From a virus, in IMG/VR virus record IMGVR_UViG_3300027749_000039, positions 1 to 64,000 of that record: DNA of 64,000 bases; one strand, written 5' to 3'. Made by a program: the position numbers and the translations under genes. Each line of letters begins with the position of its first letter. Position 1 is the stretch's first letter. Positions 58,633 to 64,000 of the stretch are shown piece by piece. The notes under the pieces were generated by a model, which was not told the DNA's origin, made no database searches, and saw only the letters and a list, made by a program, of their open reading frames with translations.

Positions 58633-58668
58633 AAAAAAAGAACCGATAATTATCGGTTCTTTTTTTTT
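58633..58668 (-). terminator. Intrinsic terminator
   Basis: AAAAAAAGAACCGAT-AATT-ATCGGTTCTTTTTTTTT. Confidence 0.8.
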
Positions 58669-59467
58669 AATATTTCTTTTTCCAAGGTTGTTCTTGTTGA
58701 ACAACTTTATCGTTTTCTGTTTTCCATTTCTCGTATTTATTTACGATATTAATTAAGAACTTATTTCTTACTATATCTTCCGCCGCAAATGCAAAATTAA
58801 AAATGTCTTCATCTTGATTATAAAGATTTATAAAATCCAAAAATCTTGAATCTGATTTCCTAATATCATATTGAGATATATCACCCATCATAATAGCTTT
58901 TGAATTATTACCAAGCCTTGTTACCCATAACATCAATTGTGTCATTGTTGAGTTTTGCGCTTCATCCATTAACATAATACAATTATCATAAGTAGTCCCT
59001 CTCATATACGCAAGTGGTTCAACTACTATTTCTCCGGTTGCTCTCATCCACTCTAAAGAACCTCTTCCGATTATTTTTTCAAAATTAGAAAAATAAGATT
59101 TCATATAAGGATCAGTTTTTTCCTGAATTGTTCCAGGTAAAAATCCTAAATTTTCACCTGATTCTTGAATTGGTTTAGTTAAAACAATTCTTTCTATTTT
59201 TTGGTCAGCTAAAAGTGCTAATGCTGTGTAGCAGGCTGTGAAGGTTTTTGAGGTACCTGCTGGACCTTGGCATATAGTTAAGGTATTATTTCTAATTCCC
59301 TTATATAATTCTAATTGTCTTGGATTGAGAACTATACCTGATCTTTCTAAATCAGCTCTACTGAATCTACTTTTTTTAGAAGAATTGGCTTCTCTTTGTG
59401 TGAGAAGTTCTTCGGCTTCAATGTAGGCTTCTTTTTTAGATCTTTGTTTAATTTTGGGATTTGCCAT
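58667..59467 (-). CDS. phoH: PhoH-like ATPase
   Basis: GPAGTSKT, LGFLPG, PLAYMRGTT, MDEAQN, GDISQYD, VRN. Confidence 0.9.
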   Translation of the reverse strand: MANPKIKQRSKKEAYIEAEELLTQREANSSKKSRFSRADLERSGIVLNPRQLELYKGIRNNTLTICQGPAGTSKTFTACYTALALLADQKIERIVLTKPIQESGENLGFLPGTIQEKTDPYMKSYFSNFEKIIGRGSLEWMRATGEIVVEPLAYMRGTTYDNCIMLMDEAQNSTMTQLMLWVTRLGNNSKAIMMGDISQYDIRKSDSRFLDFINLYNQDEDIFNFAFAAEDIVRNKFLINIVNKYEKWKTENDKVVQQEQPWKKKY

Positions 59468-59542
59468 TAGTTTTTTTTATTTTTATATATTATTTTAACA
59501 TTTGTTTAAGCGTATAACAGATATAAAATAATATATAAAATA

Positions 59543-59758
59543 ATGAAACAAACTGATGATTTAATATACGAGTTAATATTTTCGGAAGGCAAAGAATTTA
59601 ACATTATCGTCTCTGATTATATTACTGATATATATGCTTATGATAAATTTATCAGGCAAATAAAAGCAATTTTGAAAAAATCAAAAGTTTTAATTATAAA
59701 AGAATCTGTTGAAGTCTCAATGGATTATGTTAAATGGAATTTAAAAGTAAAGAAATAA
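59543..59758 (+). CDS. Hypothetical protein
   Basis: 71 aa. Confidence 0.6.
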   Translation: MKQTDDLIYELIFSEGKEFNIIVSDYITDIYAYDKFIRQIKAILKKSKVLIIKESVEVSMDYVKWNLKVKK

Positions 59759-59759
59759 T

Positions 59760-62700
59760 ATGTATATATACAACACTGATACCAGAATGTGGGTTAAACA
59801 AACCGATACTTTAAGTAAGGATAATTATGATAATCTTAAACAAGATTTATCTAAAATGCAACTTTATTCAAGAGCTTTAAGCGGCGCTACTTATTTACAC
59901 ATAAGTAATACTGATGACGTTTATGACTCTTTAAAATATAAAGATAATACTACATGGTTTTATAGTCCGGCTTCTTCTGTTTATAACACTATGACTGGTC
60001 TTCCGACTAGTGGTAATTCTATTGATCCTTCAACTTTAAATACTTTTGAAGATTATTCTTATGAATATGGATTTACTTTAAATAATTTCTTTACTCCTAC
60101 CAAAGCAATTGATAACACAAATTCTATTATTGTAAATGTCGCAACTACAACAGCTATTGATTTAAATTCAACAACATTTAGTGTAATTGATGGAATCAAA
60201 TTATTAGAAGGTAATTTAGTTTTAGTTAAAGATCAAATATCAACTGTTGATTTAGGTTTCTCTGTTGACCCGGATACATATTTTTCTGGTAATTATTATC
60301 TAATTAATAATAACATAGCTGATATGACATATCAGTATTATAATAAAGATAATGGTGTTTATATATTTACTGACAGAACATTAGTAAAAATGACAATGGC
60401 TACATATAGCTTAACTAGTGATTTAAATGTTTATGTAAATATAGGTAATGTAAATCAAGATAAACAATTTTCTTTATCAAGATTATTAAATAATTATTAT
60501 CCAGTAGAAGGACAACCATTTGAGTTTAAAGAAAGTCATAATTATTTATTAAGAAATCAAGTTGATTATCATAATTTATATGAAAATAATTATTTAGATG
60601 TATTAAAACACGGTATTCAATACTTAACTATTGAAGGATATACATATACTATTCCAGAAAGATTGTTATATATAGGTGATTTTGGTGTCATTTTAAATCT
60701 ACAATCTTTAACATATTCACAATATGTATTTAACCAATACAAAGAAAATTTAAAATCTATAACACAAACATCTGCTTATTATTGGTTATGTGGTAATAAT
60801 GGAACAATTCTAAAAATGTCAAAATTAGATTTCACTATTACTAAAATAGATTTAGGTGAAGAATACCATAATTTAACATCTATTTCATTTTTAGATGATA
60901 TTAATGGTATAGTAGTTGGTAAATATAATACAATCTATCATACTTTTGATGGTGGTTATACATGGAAAAAAGTATCAATTGGTGAACAAAATTACTCTTA
61001 TAATAAAGTTATATTTTATAATTATAATTTAATTTATATTGGAGGCGAAAATGGTATATTCTGTGAATTAACTTATTCATATTTAACTGGATATTCGCCT
61101 AATTTTATTAATTTGGTTAAAAATTTAACCTTAACAGATACATATGATTTAATTGAGGATATTAATGATATGTATTATACACATTTTGATACTTACGAAA
61201 CAGGATGGGGTTTAACATACTCTACTCAAGTGGATTTAATGGCTGGAAATGGTATAACATATTCTATGGATTGTCTATTTATAGTAACAAATAATAGTAA
61301 CATACTATGTTATGAGATTAATCATTTTGTAACTGAGCATGGTGTTTTGTATTTATCATTTAGTCAATCAATAGGTGATTTAACTTGTATAACTAGACAA
61401 CGTGGTACTAATAATATGATTGTGTCTGGTGATAACATAATTGAGTTTGATATAAATACGTTTAAATATTTATCAACAACTTCTAATTTAATATCAGGTA
61501 CTTCTTATTCAATAATATCATCTGATTATAGTAATCGTTTATTTGATTATAATGGACAAGATTTATATAATGTTGGTAACTTTGCTTTAATAAATGATTA
61601 TAATTATGCTTCAGCTAGTTATACACCTATTATAACTGAAACAATAGTTCCAAAAATGTTATTTATGGAATATGATATAGCTGATAAGTTAAACTTTTTT
61701 GATTCTAATTATGATTATAGGTTACCAAATTCTGTAACATTTAGTTCAGGTTTATCTAATTTAAATATCAATAGCATTAGCTCAACATGGTTAGATTACT
61801 TAATAGATTCATATAAAACATATGGTGTAAATAGTGATACTTCTACTGGTAATCCAATTTTATTAAATACTAATTTTATAAACGGAACATCATCACTCAC
61901 ATTTAGTAGTTCTCAAATTACTACTACTCTAAGTAGTATTACTGGATTATATCCAAATGTTGCTAGTTCAACAGCTTCGAGATATAAGAATTTTACACCA
62001 GTAGTGACTTCTAGTTCTTATAGTATATTCATGTATGGGTATATTAGTATATTTAAGTTACCATCTACTTTTTGTAATGTAGGTGATATATTACAAATTT
62101 CTTGTCAGAGTGTTAAAGCAAATGTTATGATTAACTACGTCTTTTCGGGTTATTATTATGCGTTTAATGACTTCAATCAGTCGATTCTAAACGCTATAAA
62201 GAGCAGTAGCACACTTACTATTACTAACTTAAATAAGTTCGAAAATTCGTCTGTATTGCTGTCTAATTTTGAAGCACATCCTATATCTAATGGCTATAAT
62301 TTAACTTATGATAGCAATATTTACACTATTGCGCCAAGATTTAATAATTATACTGCTTATAAGTCATTAGAAACCGATATAAATAGCGTATATGGTTCTA
62401 TTGCTTATACATCAAGTATGATATATGCTAATACATATAATCTATTTGGATATACTCCAAAGTATAGTTTATTAAATTATTTATCATCTATAAATAGTGG
62501 ATTTACTGCAAGTAAAAAATTCTTTACTATGCCAGAATATAGCAATCTTCCTTGTAATCATGCGGGTAGTTTTACTTCAAGTAATATCTACTACGATTCA
62601 AATCAACCTATGGTTGGAACTGCAAGTTATCCTAAAAATAAATTATTATTTGGTAATGATTTAAAATTTGAATATGAATCATTATGGATTAATACATTTG

Positions 62701-64000
62701 TTGATTTAACTTTACATACTGATATGGGTATTTTCACTAAAACAAGAGCTTTAATAACTGATAAGTATTATGATTCTAGTTTTAATGGATGGGCATTAAT
62801 TTTTAGCGATAATATAATTAAAACTGATGATGGTATAACACATTATGGTATTTCATTAAATACCATAGATATAATTTCAAGAAATACATTAGATAAAATT
62901 TCCGAAGATTTAGAAATATTTAATAATTTAAATAAACCATTAGTATCTAAAAAATACAATTCGGGTTTATATTATATGAATATTTATGATAATCCAATTA
63001 AAACTAAATTAAACACAGATTCTTATACTAAAATATTATTATCCGATGGTGATATTAAGAAATATATAAGTTCAATTATTTATACTAATTCAGGTAATAT
63101 ACTTACATTAAATGTATTAAACATTGCTAAAACCGAAGTTTTAAATATAAATAATACATTTAATGTAAGTAGTAAATTAGCATTAAATACAGTCGGATTG
63201 GACTCAATAAATGGAACACTATTAGGATATATTAATTTTACTGGTGGAACTGGTTCATCACAACAATTAAATCCAAGTTATAATGGTATAAATTCTATTA
63301 CTAAATTAGATAATTATGATGTATTAGTTAATACATCTTATTTGAATATACCTTCTGCATTAGATACTGGAACATTAACAGTTAATATATTTGATCCATT
63401 TTTTAACTATCAGCCAGTTAATCTTTTAGATGTGGGAGATGACGCAATGTATAAAATACCTACTATATTAAATAATTCTAATTTATATTCGTTAGGATTA
63501 ACAAATAGTTTAGTTAATTTGAATACAGATAAACCCGCTTTTAGATTAGTTGATGGTTTAGATATAGATACATTAGCAGCTAATTATCACTGGATTTTAG
63601 AAGCTGAAATATCAGATGCGATAATTGGATTAGATACAAATGGAATAGTTTGGTATAAAGGTATATGGCATTATGGTCGTTGGTTTGGCGGAACTTGGTA
63701 TTCAGGAACTTGGATTACCGGAGATTGGTATAAAGGTAATTGGCATTCAATGGAAATAACTGATAATGTTACTAGTGTTAGCGTAGGCAATTCATCTTAC
63801 GATAATTACAATTCCATATGGTATAATGGACGTTGGTATGATGGTAAATGGGAATCTGGTACATGGCTTAACGGTCGTTGGTATGGTGGAACTTGGACTA
63901 CTGGTTTATGGTATAATGGCGTTTGGAATGACGGAACATGGATGTCTGGTTTATTCTCTGGTGGTGTCTGGGTAAGAGGTAATTGGAAATCAGGAACTTT
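59760..64000 (+). CDS. Very large putative virion protein (over 1400 aa, 3'-truncated) with BNR/YCF48-like propeller repeats and W-x-x-G-x repeats
   Basis: Frame from ATG 59760 translates cleanly where spot-checked (start, end) and has no stop in the ORF track; IVVGKYNTIYHTFDGGYTWKK; WYKGIWHYGRWFGGTWYSGTW... Confidence 0.8.
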   Translation, partial: MYIYNTDTRMWVKQTDTLSKDNYDNLKQDLSKMQLYSRALSGATYLHISNTDDVYDSLKYKDNTTWFYSPASSVYNTMTGLPTSGNSIDPSTLNTFEDYSYEYGFTLNNFFTPTKAIDNTNSIIVNVATTTAIDLNSTTFSVIDGIKLLEGNLVLVKDQISTVDLGFSVDPDTYFSGNYYLINNNIADMTYQYYNKDNGVYIFTDRTLVKMTMATYSLTSDLNVYVNIGNVNQDKQFSLSRLLNNYYPVEGQPFEFKESHNYLLRNQVDYHNLYENNYLDVLKHGIQYLTIEGYTYTIPERLLYIGDFGVILNLQSLTYSQYVFNQYKENLKSITQTSAYYWLCGNNGTILKMSKLDFTITKIDLGEEYHNLTSISFLDDINGIVVGKYNTIYHTFDGGYTWKKVSIGEQNYSYNKVIFYNYNLIYIGGENGIFCELTYSYLTGYSPNFINLVKNLTLTDTYDLIEDINDMYYTHFDTYETGWGLTYSTQVDLMAGNGITYSMDCLFIVTNNSNILCYEINHFVTEHGVLYLSFSQSIGDLTCITRQRGTNNMIVSGDNIIEFDINTFKYLSTTSNLISGTSYSIISSDYSNRLFDYNGQDLYNVGNFALINDYNYASASYTPIITETIVPKMLFMEYDIADKLNFFDSNYDYRLPNSVTFSSGLSNLNINSISSTWLDYLIDSYKTYGVNSDTSTGNPILLNTNFINGTSSLTFSSSQITTTLSSITGLYPNVASSTASRYKNFTPVVTSSSYSIFMYGYISIFKLPSTFCNVGDILQISCQSVKANVMINYVFSGYYYAFNDFNQSILNAIKSSSTLTITNLNKFENSSVLLSNFEAHPISNGYNLTYDSNIYTIAPRFNNYTAYKSLETDINSVYGSIAYTSSMIYANTYNLFGYTPKYSLLNYLSSINSGFTASKKFFTMPEYSNLPCNHAGSFTSSNIYYDSNQPMVGTASYPKNKLLFGNDLKFEYESLWINTFVDLTLHTDMGIFTKTRALITDKYYDSSFNGWALIFSDNIIKTDDGITHYGISLNTIDIISRNTLDKISEDLEIFNNLNKPLVSKKYNSGLYYMNIYDNPIKTKLNTDSYTKILLSDGDIKKYISSIIYTNSGNILTLNVLNIAKTEVLNINNTFNVSSKLALNTVGLDSINGTLLGYINFTGGTGSSQQLNPSYNGINSITKLDNYDVLVNTSYLNIPSALDTGTLTVNIFDPFFNYQPVNLLDVGDDAMYKIPTILNNSNLYSLGLTNSLVNLNTDKPAFRLVDGLDIDTLAANYHWILEAEISDAIIGLDTNGIVWYKGIWHYGRWFGGTWYSGTWITGDWYKGNWHSMEITDNVTSVSVGNSSYDNYNSIWYNGRWYDGKWESGTWLNGRWYGGTWTTGLWYNGVWNDGTWMSGLFSGGVWVRGNWKSGT

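Noticed and set aside
2872-58668. Perfect palindromes with AATT centres as protein operators
   Set aside because: All are flanked by A/T tracts at gene ends and are adequately explained as intrinsic terminators
155-59426. Short antisense or alternate-frame ORFs nested in real genes (e.g. 155-367, 625-807, 2465-2725, 4920-5183, 11241-11474, 13337-13630, 23907-24185, 56797-57069, 59238-59426)
   Set aside because: Fully inside well-supported CDSs, no motifs; expected from AT-rich codon bias
1-64000. Genome-wide TAG-to-Gln recoding (genetic code 15)
   Set aside because: Long genes (e.g. 901, 904 and over 1400 codons) are open under the standard code, and TAG serves as an apparently genuine stop at 12468 and 54812; only two start-proximal TAGs interrupt genes
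1-64000. CRISPR array, rRNA, integrase or IS transposase
   Set aside because: No regularly spaced direct repeats, rRNA-like sequence or recombinase/transposase motifs seen

Overview
Very AT-rich, densely coding segment of a large lytic dsDNA phage genome (jumbo/huge, T4-like core genes: split family-B DNA polymerase, gp41/DnaB helicase, class Ia nrdA/nrdB, PhoH, ClpP, long Ser/Thr/Asn-rich virion proteins). No capsid or terminase gene, integrase, rRNA or CRISPR array is visible. A Bacteroidota host is inferred from repeated TAnnTTTG promoters and A-rich, Shine-Dalgarno-less gene starts. Main discovery candidate: an amber (UAG) decoding module. A canonical tRNA with a CUA anticodon (54412-54484) and a second degenerate CUA tRNA-like element sit just upstream of a Pth2-like peptidyl-tRNA hydrolase gene and an HD-hydrolase gene. 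Both genes carry an in-frame TAG at codon 3 (ATG-TTG-TAG and ATG-AAG-TAG), in a genome that otherwise reads in the standard code. The window also has two stand-alone class II aminoacyl-tRNA-synthetase catalytic domains, one with PylRS-like compact motif spacing. Second theme: at least 7 homing-endonuclease genes. Two of them have invaded conserved motifs of dnaB and clpP while supplying a replacement 3' end (the old 3' end is stranded downstream), and one splits nrdA into two genes with no visible intron. Third theme: about 15 genes share a T4 internal-protein-like N-terminal leader (MKYLKxF.E) and an AATATATA promoter, including three ADP-ribosyltransferase-like proteins, a frameshifted GNAT and a frameshifted transglycosylase. 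All family assignments come from motif recognition by eye; no database search was run.
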